Positions 1 to 10,003 of a DNA stretch of 64,000 nucleotides are shown piece after piece (position 1 is the first letter of the stretch; the number at the start of each line of letters is the position of its first letter). Made by a program: the position numbers and the translations under genes. The notes under the pieces were generated by a model. That model had not been told where the DNA came from, ran no database searches, and saw only the letters and a list, made by a program, of their open reading frames with translations. This stretch comes from Reclinomonas americana ATCC 50394 (lineage: Eukaryota), in NCBI GenBank assembly GCA_048213135.1, contig PS015010.1:434001-498000 (forward strand), given 5' to 3'.

Positions 1-121
1 AATGGATAAAAAGCGCAGGCAGAACAGCATTCATTTTATTTTACTCAACCGTATTGGAGAGGCCGTTGTGCAACCTATTGCCATCGACAGGCTGTACCAA
101 TTATTAAACGATCATTTATAA
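1..121 (+). CDS. aroB: 3-dehydroquinate synthase, C-terminal fragment (gene starts upstream of the window)
   Basis: Frame 2 reads MDKKRRQNSIHFILLNRIGEAVVQPI...HL* with TAA at 119-121. The DKK...F(I/V)LL..IG pattern is the AroB C-terminus, and the stop lies 1 nt before aroA. Confidence 0.75.
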   Translation, partial: MDKKRRQNSIHFILLNRIGEAVVQPIAIDRLYQLLNDHL

Positions 122-122
122 C

Positions 123-1409
123 GTGCAGGCCCAGATATTTCCTTCCACTTTATCAGGTACTTTACCGGCGCCGGTATCCAAAAGCAGTATGCAAAGGGCC
201 TGTGCCGCGGCTTTGCTGCACACAGGTGAAACCATCATCCATAACCCCGGCAACAGCAACGATGATCTTGCGGCATTAGATGTGATCAGCAAGCTGGGAG
301 CCGTCATTACCCGGAACGATGACGGTACCATCACCATAATAAGTGAAGGTGTGCAGCCAGTTGCGGAAACGATCAATTGCGGCGAAAGCGGCCTCGGAAT
401 ACGCATGTTCACCCCGCTGGCGGCATTGGCTGCCCAGCATGTACGCATCACCGGTAGTGGCAGCCTGCTTACCCGCCCGATGGATTTTTTTGATACCGTA
501 CTTCCGCAGTCAGGCGTTACCGTTAGTTCCAGACAAGGGCGGCTTCCTTTGGAAATAAAAGGACCCTTACAACCGGTGGATATTACCATCGACGGATCAC
601 TGAGTTCGCAGTTCCTTACGGGTTTATTATTTGCCTATGGTCAATCCGTCACGGCGCCCGTTACCATAAATGTCACCAACCTCAGCAGCAAACCTTATAT
701 CGATCTTACACTGGATGTGATGGAACGTTTTGGATATCGTGTAGTCAATGAAAATTATGAGCGCTTCATTATTTATCCTAAAGAGCATCCTCCTTTTCGT
801 ATTGAATATACTGTGGAAGGGGACTGGAGCGGCGCGGCTTTCCTGCTGGTGGCCGGTGCTGTGGCCGGACCCGTAACCGTTACAGGACTGAATGTTTTTT
901 CCACCCAGGCCGATAAAGCGGTACTGGGGCCACTGATGGCCTGCGGCGCCCTGGTTTCGATAGAAGAAACGCAGGTGAGTATTTCACCTGCCCCGTTAAA
1001 AGCTTTTCATTTTAATGCGAACGACTGTCCTGATCTTTTCCCCCCGCTTGCAGCGTTGGCATGCTACTGCGAAGGCCGTTCGGTTATTGAAGGCGTGGGC
1101 CGCTTACGGCATAAGGAAAGCGACAGGGGACTAACCATACAGGAGGAACTGGGTAAAATGGGTGTGAATGTCACGTTACAGGACGACCTTATGATCATCG
1201 ATGGTGGTGAAGCTGTAAAAAGCGCCCTGGTTCATTCCCGCCACGATCACCGCATCGCCATGGCATGTGCTGTTGCGGCATTGAAAGCCAGCGGACCGGT
1301 AACCATCGACAGTGCGGACGCCATTAATAAATCTTATCCCGGTTTTTTCAATGATTTGCAAATGCTGGGCGCAAACGTATCTTTACAAACAACATCAGCT
1401 ATATCGTGA
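123..1409 (+). CDS. aroA: 3-phosphoshikimate 1-carboxyvinyltransferase (EPSP synthase)
   Basis: Motifs SKS, CGESG, SSQFLTG, KESDR, DHRIAM and KSYP; GTG start; overlaps aroC by 4 nt. Confidence 0.95.
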   Translation: MQAQIFPSTLSGTLPAPVSKSSMQRACAAALLHTGETIIHNPGNSNDDLAALDVISKLGAVITRNDDGTITIISEGVQPVAETINCGESGLGIRMFTPLAALAAQHVRITGSGSLLTRPMDFFDTVLPQSGVTVSSRQGRLPLEIKGPLQPVDITIDGSLSSQFLTGLLFAYGQSVTAPVTINVTNLSSKPYIDLTLDVMERFGYRVVNENYERFIIYPKEHPPFRIEYTVEGDWSGAAFLLVAGAVAGPVTVTGLNVFSTQADKAVLGPLMACGALVSIEETQVSISPAPLKAFHFNANDCPDLFPPLAALACYCEGRSVIEGVGRLRHKESDRGLTIQEELGKMGVNVTLQDDLMIIDGGEAVKSALVHSRHDHRIAMACAVAALKASGPVTIDSADAINKSYPGFFNDLQMLGANVSLQTTSAIS

Positions 1410-2407
1410 ATTCATTCGGACGTATTTTCAGGATCAGTATTTTCGGCGAATCGCATGGAGAATGCGTAGGAATAACCATCGACGGTTGCCCGGCAGGACT
1501 TCCTTTAACCGCCACCGATTTTACCGAAGACATTGAAAGAAGAAAGGGTGGCACCAAAGGGACCACGCCCCGTAAAGAGGACGACATCCCCCAGATCAAA
1601 ACCGGTGTGTTCAATGGCTTTACCACCGGCGCCCCGCTCACCATTATTTTCGACAATACCAATACCCGCAGCAGTGATTATGTAAAGCAACGGGATATTC
1701 CACGCCCTGGCCATGCTGATTTTGTAGCCCATAAAAAATTCGGAGGATACGAGGATTACAGGGGTAGCGGGCATTTCAGCGGACGGCTTACCGTGGCGCT
1801 CGTAGCAGCCGGTGTGGTTGCCAAAAAGATCATGGGGCCGGTATCGGTGCAATCTTCCATCCTTGAAATTGGTGGAGAGACAGACCTGGACAAAGGCCTG
1901 CAAAAAGCGATCGGCGCCAAAGACAGCATCGGGGGTATCATTGAATGCCGGGTGTCTGGCTTACCGGTAGGATTGGGAGAGCCCTTTTTTGATTCCGCCG
2001 AATCACTCATCAGTCATATGGTATTTGCCATCCCTGCAGTAAGGGGTATCGAATTCGGAACGGGTTTCGCCGCAGCAAAAATGTTCGGCAGCCAGCATAA
2101 CGATGCGCTGCAGGATGCGGAAGGACATACGGCAACCAATCATGCCGGTGGGATTGTAGGTGGTATCAGCAATGGTAATGAACTGGTGTTCCGCATCGCG
2201 GTGAAACCTACTTCATCCACACCAAAGGAACAAATTTCGCTGAACTGGTCAACAGGTGATGTGGAACCGTTTTCCGTAAAAGGCCGCCACGACCTGTGCA
2301 TCGCCCTGCGGGTGCCTGTTGTGCTGGAAGCCGCTGCTGCTATTGTGTTGGCCGACCTGCTGATGCTGGAGCAACACATCAAACGCATTGCTGATAAGAG
2401 GAGCTGA
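1406..2407 (+). CDS. aroC: Chorismate synthase
   Basis: Motifs FGESHG, RPGHAD, NHAGGIVGGISNG and GRHDLC. Confidence 0.96.
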   Translation: MNSFGRIFRISIFGESHGECVGITIDGCPAGLPLTATDFTEDIERRKGGTKGTTPRKEDDIPQIKTGVFNGFTTGAPLTIIFDNTNTRSSDYVKQRDIPRPGHADFVAHKKFGGYEDYRGSGHFSGRLTVALVAAGVVAKKIMGPVSVQSSILEIGGETDLDKGLQKAIGAKDSIGGIIECRVSGLPVGLGEPFFDSAESLISHMVFAIPAVRGIEFGTGFAAAKMFGSQHNDALQDAEGHTATNHAGGIVGGISNGNELVFRIAVKPTSSTPKEQISLNWSTGDVEPFSVKGRHDLCIALRVPVVLEAAAAIVLADLLMLEQHIKRIADKRS

Positions 2408-2420
2408 GTATACAATTGCT

Positions 2421-2451
2421 ATTCATCATCTATCATTCATAACTCATAATT
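2421..2451. repeat. Degenerate 7-bp tandem array (ATTCATC/ATCTATC/ATTCATA/ACTCATA)
   Basis: Four 7-mers read directly between aroC and the next ATG. Confidence 0.55.
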
Positions 2452-2458
2452 TCCTGTC

Positions 2459-5400
2459 ATGTCAATCCAACGACTGCTTTTCCTGCTCACTTTATTGATT
2501 ACTGTATCAACCTATGCCCAGGACAAAAAGAAATGGGACGTTAATAACCCGGGCGGGCCTTATAAAGAGGTCAGCTTTACTGTAAATGAAGGCACCTGGA
2601 TGAACCTGGACGTATCCCCCGATGGAAAAGATATTGTCTTTGACTTGCTGGGCGATATCTACACCATGCCCATCACAGGCGGCCAAGCAAAAATATTAAG
2701 ACAGGGTCTCGCTTTTGAGGTACAGCCCCGCTTCAGTCCTGATGGCAAAAAAATATTATTTACTTCCGATGCAGGCGGCGGCGATAACATCTGGGTGATG
2801 AACCGTGATGGCAGCGGTGCGAAGCAGATTACCAAAGAAAGTTTTCGTTTGCTGAACAATGGCGTATGGTCGCCCGACGGGCAGTACATCATCGCCCGTA
2901 AACATTTTACTTCAGGACGTTCACTTGGCGCGGGAGAACTGTGGATCTATCATATCAGTGGTGGCGACGGATTACAACTTACACCCCGCAAGAACGACCA
3001 GCAGGACCTGAATGAACCCTGGTCATCGCCCGACGGAAAATACATTTACTACAGTGAAGACATGTACCCGGGCGGTTTCTTTCAATATAACAAAGACCCC
3101 AATAACCAGATATTCGTGATCAAGCGTTTTGACCGCGAAAAAGGAACCAGTGAAACCGTGACCGGTGGCCCCGGCGGCGCTGTCCGTCCGCAATTATCGC
3201 ATGACGGTAAAACCCTCGCTTTTGTAAAACGTATCCGTACCAAAACCGTACTCTACCTGCGTAACCTGGAAACAGGAGAGGAGTGGCCTGTTTATGATCA
3301 GCTGAGTAAAGACCAGCAGGAAGCCTGGACGATCTTTGGTATTTATACCGGTTTCAGCTGGACGCCGGACGATAAACAAGTCGTGATCTGGAGTAAAGGG
3401 AAACTGCTGAAAATAGATGTGGAAGGAAACAATAAAACCGCGGAGATACCTTTTACCTGCAACGTTAAACAGCGTATAACCGATGCCGTTAGATTTAAGC
3501 AGGATATCAATCCCGATTATTTCAATGCCAATGTCATCCGCAATGCGATCACTTCGCCGGATGGAAAAACAATGGTGTTTAATGCCGTAGGCTACCTTTG
3601 GAAGAAAAATCTCCCGGAAGGCAAACCCGAAAGACTGACCAGCGGTACCGACCAGGAAGCGGAACCTTCTTTTTCTGCCGATGGTAAAACACTGGTGTAT
3701 GTCAGCTGGAACGACACCACCATGGGCGGCATCTGGAAACTGGCCCTGGCGCCCGGTTCCAAACCGGTGAAAGTATCCGCGGAAAAAGCCATCTACCGTA
3801 CGCCTTCCTTTTCTCCCGACGGGAAATGGATCGTATACAGTAAAGATGATGGCGACAATGTACTGGGGGTAACCTTCAATGTCAACCCCGGTGTGTACCT
3901 TATGCCTGCTGCCGGTGGCAAACCGGTATTCGTAAGTGATAAAGGTGAAACGCCAAAATTCAATGCCGCGGGTGACCGCCTGTATGTACAGCGCAACCGC
4001 AGCTCTTTTGGCAGTTATAAACTCGACGGTACCGATGAAAAAACGATTTTTAAAAGTACCTACGGCAGCCAGTTCGTGGTATCGCCCGACGATAACTGGG
4101 TGGCTTTTGTAGACCTGCATTCCGTTTACATCGCCGCCTTTCCGCATACGGGTAAAACCATCGACATCTCCAGCGGCACCAACGCCATACCGGTAAAAAA
4201 AGTTTCCCGCGACGCAGGCATCAACCTGCACTGGAGCGCCGACAATAAACAATTGCATTACACACTGGGCGACCAGTATTATACGATCAATGTAGAAGAC
4301 CGTTTTGAATTCGTGGCCAACAAACCGGACTCGCTTTTCAAAATGCCGGAAAAAGGTATCAGCGTTGGATTATCCGTTAAGACAGATAAACCACAGGGGC
4401 TTGTGGCTTTTACCAATGCACGTGTCATTACCATGAATGGCGATGAAGTGATTGAGAACGGTACGGTACTGGTGGAAGGCAATCTCATTAAAGCAGTAGG
4501 TAAGTCAGGCGATGTAACGGTACCATCAGGCGCCAAAATAATTGACTGTGCCGGTAAAACGGTCATGCCCGGTTTCGTGGATGCGCATGCACACGTTGGT
4601 CATTTCCGGAGTGGCCTTACCCCGCAGAAACACTGGCCTTATTACACCAACCTCGCTTATGGCGTAACGACTACGCATGATCCGTCTGCCAACAGTGAAA
4701 TGGTGTTTGCCCAGAGCGAACTCGTTAAATCCGGGTTGATGGTTGGCCCCAGGGTATTCTCTACCGGTACTATTTTGTACGGTGCTGATGGGGATTTCAA
4801 AGCGGTGATCAACAGCATCGATGATGCCCGCAGCGCACTCCGCCGTACCAAAGCATATGGCGCTTTCAGTGTAAAAAGTTATAACCAGCCCCGCCGTGAA
4901 CAAAGGCAAATGGTGATTGGAGCGGCCCGTGAGTTACAGATGGAAGTTGTGCCCGAAGGCGGTTCGTTCTTCTACCACAACATGAGCATGGTGATGGACG
5001 GGCATACCACTATCGAACACAATATACCGGTAGGCGTGTTGTATGATGATGTGATCAACCTGTGGAAGAATTCACAAACAGGATATACGCCAACACTCAT
5101 CGTTTGTTACAATGCCCCCAGCGGCGAGTACTACTGGTACCAGCATACCAATGTGTGGGAAAAAGAGAAACTGCTTCGCTTTACACCCCGTGCCATCATC
5201 GATACCCGCAGCCGTTTCCGTACCATGCTGCCCGAAGAGGAATATGAGAATGGTCACATCCTGGTATCAAAAAGCGCTAAAAAACTCACCGATGCAGGTG
5301 TGAAAGTGAACATGGGCGCACACGGGCAGATACAGGGCATTGGCGCACACTGGGAAATATGGATGATGAAACAGGGCGGTATGACCAACCTGGAAGCCTT

Positions 5401-5704
5401 ACGTACAGCCACGCTCAACTCAGCCTGGAGCCTGGGCCTGGATACTTACATTGGTTCATTACAGGCAGGCAAACTCGCTGATATCATTGTAATGGATAAA
5501 AATCCGCTGGAGAATATTTACAATACCGAATCCATTCGTTATACCATGGTGAATGGCCGCTTGTATGATGCCGAACAGATGAACGAGATCGGCAACTACA
5601 ACAAACCCCGCGGTAAGTTTTACTGGGAGATGCGCCGCAATTCCGAATCATTTAAATGGCATGAAGGTACCAACAGTTTTGAACTGGGCCATCTTGACGA
5701 CTAA
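2459..5704 (+). CDS. Secreted amidohydrolase-family protein with N-terminal TolB/PD40-like beta-propeller repeats
   Basis: Signal peptide (STYA-Q), repeated (F/W)SPDGK motifs, PGFVDAHAH metal motif and a C-terminal GSLQAGKLADIIV motif. Confidence 0.85.
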   Translation: MSIQRLLFLLTLLITVSTYAQDKKKWDVNNPGGPYKEVSFTVNEGTWMNLDVSPDGKDIVFDLLGDIYTMPITGGQAKILRQGLAFEVQPRFSPDGKKILFTSDAGGGDNIWVMNRDGSGAKQITKESFRLLNNGVWSPDGQYIIARKHFTSGRSLGAGELWIYHISGGDGLQLTPRKNDQQDLNEPWSSPDGKYIYYSEDMYPGGFFQYNKDPNNQIFVIKRFDREKGTSETVTGGPGGAVRPQLSHDGKTLAFVKRIRTKTVLYLRNLETGEEWPVYDQLSKDQQEAWTIFGIYTGFSWTPDDKQVVIWSKGKLLKIDVEGNNKTAEIPFTCNVKQRITDAVRFKQDINPDYFNANVIRNAITSPDGKTMVFNAVGYLWKKNLPEGKPERLTSGTDQEAEPSFSADGKTLVYVSWNDTTMGGIWKLALAPGSKPVKVSAEKAIYRTPSFSPDGKWIVYSKDDGDNVLGVTFNVNPGVYLMPAAGGKPVFVSDKGETPKFNAAGDRLYVQRNRSSFGSYKLDGTDEKTIFKSTYGSQFVVSPDDNWVAFVDLHSVYIAAFPHTGKTIDISSGTNAIPVKKVSRDAGINLHWSADNKQLHYTLGDQYYTINVEDRFEFVANKPDSLFKMPEKGISVGLSVKTDKPQGLVAFTNARVITMNGDEVIENGTVLVEGNLIKAVGKSGDVTVPSGAKIIDCAGKTVMPGFVDAHAHVGHFRSGLTPQKHWPYYTNLAYGVTTTHDPSANSEMVFAQSELVKSGLMVGPRVFSTGTILYGADGDFKAVINSIDDARSALRRTKAYGAFSVKSYNQPRREQRQMVIGAARELQMEVVPEGGSFFYHNMSMVMDGHTTIEHNIPVGVLYDDVINLWKNSQTGYTPTLIVCYNAPSGEYYWYQHTNVWEKEKLLRFTPRAIIDTRSRFRTMLPEEEYENGHILVSKSAKKLTDAGVKVNMGAHGQIQGIGAHWEIWMMKQGGMTNLEALRTATLNSAWSLGLDTYIGSLQAGKLADIIVMDKNPLENIYNTESIRYTMVNGRLYDAEQMNEIGNYNKPRGKFYWEMRRNSESFKWHEGTNSFELGHLDD

Positions 5705-5726
5705 TAAAGAAATATACGTCAAAATA

Positions 5727-5756
5727 AAAAGCCACCAGGTCAACCCGGTGGCTTTT
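5727..5756. terminator. Bidirectional intrinsic terminator
   Basis: AAAAGCCACC-N10-GGTGGCTTTT between convergent genes. Confidence 0.8.
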
Positions 5757-5758
5757 GT

Positions 5759-6133
5759 TTATTCCTGCAGGGGCAGGAGGGGAGCGAGGAAATTCAGTTC
5801 GCTTTCGGTAAATACCCGCGACCGGGTGAGGAACCGTATACCCAGCGGTATTTCCAGCGAAAAGCTGCTGCCCCGCCCGGGCGTTACATCCAGTATAAGT
5901 TGTGTATGCTGCCAGTATTCAAACTGGTCATGGCTCATGTAAAAGGGACAACCTTCCACTATGCCCAGGCATACATCACTGGAACCGACTCTGAATTCAC
6001 CTTTGGCAAAACACATCGGCTGACTTCCATCGCAACAACCCCCGCTCTGGTGAAAGAGCAACAGCCCATGCTCCTGCTGCAGCCGGTGGATCAGTTGTTT
6101 TGCCTGCTCCGTACAAACTATCCTGTCAATCAT
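5759..6133 (-). CDS. DUF779 family protein (aldehyde-dehydrogenase-associated)
   Basis: FHQSGGCCDGSQPMC and GRGSSFSLE motifs; lies 9 nt downstream of the ALDH gene. Confidence 0.9.
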   Translation of the reverse strand: MIDRIVCTEQAKQLIHRLQQEHGLLLFHQSGGCCDGSQPMCFAKGEFRVGSSDVCLGIVEGCPFYMSHDQFEYWQHTQLILDVTPGRGSSFSLEIPLGIRFLTRSRVFTESELNFLAPLLPLQE

Positions 6134-6142
6134 ATGCGGGTT

Positions 6143-7678
6143 TTAGAAAAAGCCCAGCTTTTGTTTATTGTAAGAGATGAGCATGTTCTTGGTCTGCCGG
6201 TAATGGTTCAGCATCATCTTGTGTGTTTCCCTGCCGAAGCCGGATTTCTTATAACCACCAAACGGCGCATGTGCCGGGTAGGCATGATAGCAGTTCACCC
6301 ATACACGGCCCGCCTGTATGGCCCTGGGCACCTGGTACAGTTCATGAGCGTCGCGGGTCCATACACCGGCGCCTAACCCGTACAGGGTATCATTAGCGAT
6401 GGCAATGGCTTCTTCCGTGGTTTTGAAAGTGGTAACCGCCACAACAGGCCCGAAGATCTCTTCCTGGAAAATGCGCATTTTATTATGTCCTTTGAATATC
6501 GTTGGCTGGATGTAATACCCGTGTTCCAGTCCGCTGTTCTGGTGAAATGGTGCTCCGCCGGCCAGTATTTCAGCGCCTTCCTGTTTGCCGATATCAAGGT
6601 AACTGAGTATTTTATTGTACTGATCTTCGGAAGCCTGTGCGCCCATCATGGTTTCGCTGTCGAGCGGGTTGCCCATTTTAATGGCGCGGGTACGGGCTGC
6701 TACTCTTTCCAGGAATTTATCCGCGATGTCTTCGTGTACAAGAATACGGCTGGGGCAGGTGCATACCTCACCCTGGTTGAGGGCGAAAAGTACGGCACCT
6801 TCCACAGCCTTGTCGAAGAATTCATCGTCTGCATCGGCTACGGACTTGAAAAAGATGTTGGGCGATTTGCCGCCGAGTTCCATCGTAACGGGGATGATGT
6901 TGTCAGACGCGTATTGCATGATCAGCCTGCCCGTAGTGGTTTCGCCGGTGAAAGCGATCTTGGCCACGCGGGAAGAAGTGGCCAGCGGTTTGCCGGCTTC
7001 AATGCCAAAACCGGTAACAACGTTCAGTACACCCGGAGGCAGCAGGTCGCCGATCAGTTCCAGCAGACACATGATCGATGTGGGTGTTTGTTCAGCGGGT
7101 TTTACTACGGTACAACAGCCTGCAGCCAGTGCCGGAGCTATTTTCCAGGTAGCCATCAGCAAAGGAAAATTCCAGGGGATGATCTGGCCCACCACACCAA
7201 GCGGTTCATGTAAATTGATGCTTACGGTATATTCATCATGCTCGGATACGGAACCTTCTTCGGCACGCAGTACCCCGGCGAAATAACGGAAGTGATCAAT
7301 ACACAGCGGCAAATCGGCGGCACGGGTTTCACGGATGGCTTTGCCATTGTCGATGCACTCTACGGCGGCCAGGTAATCCAGGTTGTCTTCTATCACCTGG
7401 GCTATTTTCAATAGGATATTGCTTCGGGAAGCGGCAGAGGTCCTGCTCCAGGAAGCAAAAGCTGTATGTGCGGCGTCAAGTGCTTTCTCAATGTCTGCGG
7501 CATTGCCGCGTGCTGCCTGGGTGAATACTTTACCATCTATCGGTGATACATTATCGAAATATTCGCCGCCCGAAGGTGCCACCCATTGTCCGCCAATATA
7601 ATGTTCATAGCGGGCTTTAAAAGCGGGCCTTTGTGCCACGGTGGAAGAGGACGGCTGTTTAGCTGTTGTTGTACTCAT
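6143..7678 (-). CDS. NAD-dependent aldehyde dehydrogenase (ExaC/AcoD/AldB-type, probably acetaldehyde)
   Basis: [22 protein letters not shown] (catalytic Glu), [11 protein letters not shown] (catalytic Cys) and EEIFGP. Confidence 0.93.
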   Translation of the reverse strand: MSTTTAKQPSSSTVAQRPAFKARYEHYIGGQWVAPSGGEYFDNVSPIDGKVFTQAARGNAADIEKALDAAHTAFASWSRTSAASRSNILLKIAQVIEDNLDYLAAVECIDNGKAIRETRAADLPLCIDHFRYFAGVLRAEEGSVSEHDEYTVSINLHEPLGVVGQIIPWNFPLLMATWKIAPALAAGCCTVVKPAEQTPTSIMCLLELIGDLLPPGVLNVVTGFGIEAGKPLATSSRVAKIAFTGETTTGRLIMQYASDNIIPVTMELGGKSPNIFFKSVADADDEFFDKAVEGAVLFALNQGEVCTCPSRILVHEDIADKFLERVAARTRAIKMGNPLDSETMMGAQASEDQYNKILSYLDIGKQEGAEILAGGAPFHQNSGLEHGYYIQPTIFKGHNKMRIFQEEIFGPVVAVTTFKTTEEAIAIANDTLYGLGAGVWTRDAHELYQVPRAIQAGRVWVNCYHAYPAHAPFGGYKKSGFGRETHKMMLNHYRQTKNMLISYNKQKLGFF

Positions 7679-7818
7679 ATAACAAGTTTAATCGTTAATA
7701 ATCCAACTAAGCTAGAACGGCCCCGGGCGGTACCACTTCACATTTGTATCTTTTGATAGCACGATCGTACTTTATTTGATCTTAAGTTTTTTTTAACCCG
7801 GATAGATTTTAACTTTAA

Positions 7819-8760
7819 GTGATGCCTGCAAAGCGATTGCCAGATAAAATTGATCTTACCGATCCCCGCCAACTGAGAACACTGGTGGAAAACCGGGTTG
7901 TTTTCGGGCAGGGTAACTGTGAACTCAACATTTTCGAGAGTTACCAGCAGGCTTATCATGTGCCGCTCACCTTCAACGATTTTGTCATCACCAGCATGAT
8001 CAGGGGAAAAAAAGTGATGCACCTTTTCAACCAGGATCCCTTTGACTATTTCCCCGGTGAAACGGTCATCGTTCCTGCTAATGAAACTATGGTGATTGAC
8101 TTCCCGGAAGCGGAGGCCGCCAGCCCTACGCAATGCATCGCCCTTGCTGTGGACCAGCGCTACATCAGCAAAACCATCAGCTACCTGAACGAGTTTTACA
8201 ACAGCGACCGCGACAGCAGCCATGAATGGGAGTTGCAGTTCAACCAGTATCATTTCGAAAATGAAACAGAGATAACAGAACTCATCAATAAACTCATGCG
8301 CATCTGCAGCAGCGGGGAAAAGGGTAAGGATATTTATGCCGATCTGAACCTGAAAGAACTGCTCATACGCCTGGTTCAAAGCCAGCATCTTCAGCAGGTG
8401 CTTACAGAAAGTTCAGCGGGGCAAAACCGTTCCCGCCTGCATTTTGTGATCAACCATATACAGGAAAACCTCACGGAAAGTATACAGGTAAATGAACTTT
8501 GCCGCAAGGCATATATGAGCCGCAATCTTTTTTTCAAATGGTTCCGTGAACAGTTCGGGGTTACACCGCTGGATTATATCAACAGGGAAAGAATGAAAAT
8601 GGCCAGGTCACTGCTGGCCAATCCCGCCAATGCGGTAAGTACGGTAAGCCGCCTGTGCGGTTTTACCGATGTCAATTATTTTGTCCGTGTCTTCAAAAAA
8701 ATGGAAGGCGTTACGCCGGGTCATTACCGTGACCATATCTTACAACAGTATTCAGCATAG
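7819..8760 (+). CDS. AraC-family transcriptional regulator, divergent from the ALDH gene
   Basis: C-terminal double HTH (GFTDVNYFVRVFKKMEGVTPGHYR) and an N-terminal ligand domain. Confidence 0.9.
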   Translation: MMPAKRLPDKIDLTDPRQLRTLVENRVVFGQGNCELNIFESYQQAYHVPLTFNDFVITSMIRGKKVMHLFNQDPFDYFPGETVIVPANETMVIDFPEAEAASPTQCIALAVDQRYISKTISYLNEFYNSDRDSSHEWELQFNQYHFENETEITELINKLMRICSSGEKGKDIYADLNLKELLIRLVQSQHLQQVLTESSAGQNRSRLHFVINHIQENLTESIQVNELCRKAYMSRNLFFKWFREQFGVTPLDYINRERMKMARSLLANPANAVSTVSRLCGFTDVNYFVRVFKKMEGVTPGHYRDHILQQYSA

Positions 8761-9195
8761 CAGTCGCCTGTGGTAATTGATCTGTCCCAGGTGATAGGCC
8801 AGGTGCACGGAGAGATGTATGAGCATATAGCCAGTACTCACCGTACGGTCATTCCATTGCTGGGGAAAATCCTGATGCAACTGTTCTTCCGTAATGGCAG
8901 GCAGCGTTTTGCTGATCATCAGTATGGTGGCTTCCAGCGAAGCGATGAGTTCGCTGCGGGGAATATTTTTTAAAGTAAACTCGGCGTCCCTGTTCCTTTG
9001 ATAACCGGTATGTCCCAGCAGGGCGCCGATAAAATGATTGAGGTTACCTGCCAGGTGCAGCGTTAAATTGCCTGCCGAATTGCTGACCAGTTTGTCTGTT
9101 GCCCAGATGATGCGCTCATCGGGATATTGCTGCAATTCGTCGATCAGTTTGCGGAGATTATTGGAGATCAGCTCCGCGGTAATGTTTTGTATCAT
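8752..9195 (-). CDS. DinB/DUF1572 superfamily protein
   Basis: NSAGNLTLHLAGN, RNRDAEF and HLAYHLGQI His motifs. Confidence 0.85.
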   Translation of the reverse strand: MIQNITAELISNNLRKLIDELQQYPDERIIWATDKLVSNSAGNLTLHLAGNLNHFIGALLGHTGYQRNRDAEFTLKNIPRSELIASLEATILMISKTLPAITEEQLHQDFPQQWNDRTVSTGYMLIHLSVHLAYHLGQINYHRRLLC

Positions 9196-9218
9196 CGGGG
9201 ATAAATTTATGATTGGGA

Positions 9219-9947
9219 TCAGCGTATATTTTTCTTCAGTTCGGCAAAAGGAACATCCAGCAGTTCATCATCTTTCGACGCTACAAAAAAGTAATGCCAC
9301 CATTCGCTGTCCAGTGACTTGAAGCCATTTTTCTCCATTGTTGTTTTCAATAGCAGCCTGTTTTGAAGCACAGCAGGAGAAAGTGAACGGAAATTATGAT
9401 GTGCCGTATCGCTGAAATTATCAAAGCCGGTTCCCATCGGTAATTCTTTACCACTTCGTTTATCGATCAGCGTTAGGTCAACCGCAATACCCCGGTTGTG
9501 CCCGCTTCCTTTCCGGGGATCGGCGGCATACCGGTCGTCTTTAACAGGCTCCCACATTTTTACGGTAACCGAGTAGGGTCGGTAGGCATCGAATATTTTC
9601 AGCCCGTAACCGCTTTTGTTCAGTTCTGCCTGTACCCGGGCGAGCGCCTCAGCCGCAGGCTTCCGCATCCAGGAAGTAGCTAGGACAGGATACAGTTGCT
9701 GCCGCATGAAATTATTAACACTTGCATAACGCAGGTCGAATGCAATGCCGGGCACAGCACGGGAGAGATCGGCCATTGCTTTACGGCCGTCGTGCCCCAC
9801 TGTCTTTTTGAACGTACTCCAGTCGCTGATAACCCACAGCCCGTAAGTATTACGGACTGTATCCTGCGCCAGGCCGGACCGGGTTGTTAATAAAAAAAAT
9901 ACGATCAATGTTAAATTTCTTTGCAGGCGATTGCTTATCTTGTTCAT
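9219..9947 (-). CDS. D-alanyl-D-alanine dipeptidase (peptidase M15D, VanX/DdpX-like) with signal peptide
   Basis: FDAYRP, SGHNRGIAVD, MGTGFD and EWWH zinc-peptidase motifs. Confidence 0.9.
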   Translation of the reverse strand: MNKISNRLQRNLTLIVFFLLTTRSGLAQDTVRNTYGLWVISDWSTFKKTVGHDGRKAMADLSRAVPGIAFDLRYASVNNFMRQQLYPVLATSWMRKPAAEALARVQAELNKSGYGLKIFDAYRPYSVTVKMWEPVKDDRYAADPRKGSGHNRGIAVDLTLIDKRSGKELPMGTGFDNFSDTAHHNFRSLSPAVLQNRLLLKTTMEKNGFKSLDSEWWHYFFVASKDDELLDVPFAELKKNIR

Positions 9948-9985
9948 ATCTGATCTTTATCCCGGGAACTTGTCATTCAAGATAC

Positions 9986-9993
9986 TAATTTTG
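9986..9993 (+). promoter_or_regulatory. Bacteroidota sigma-A -7 box (TAATTTTG)
   Basis: Matches TAnnTTTG, 10 nt upstream of the ATG at 10004. Confidence 0.5.
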
Positions 9994-10003
9994 TACTGAT
10001 ATT

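Noticed and set aside
9219..9947. Vancomycin-resistance (van) cluster
   Set aside because: Only a lone M15D peptidase; no D-Ala-D-Lac ligase, vanH or vanRS nearby.
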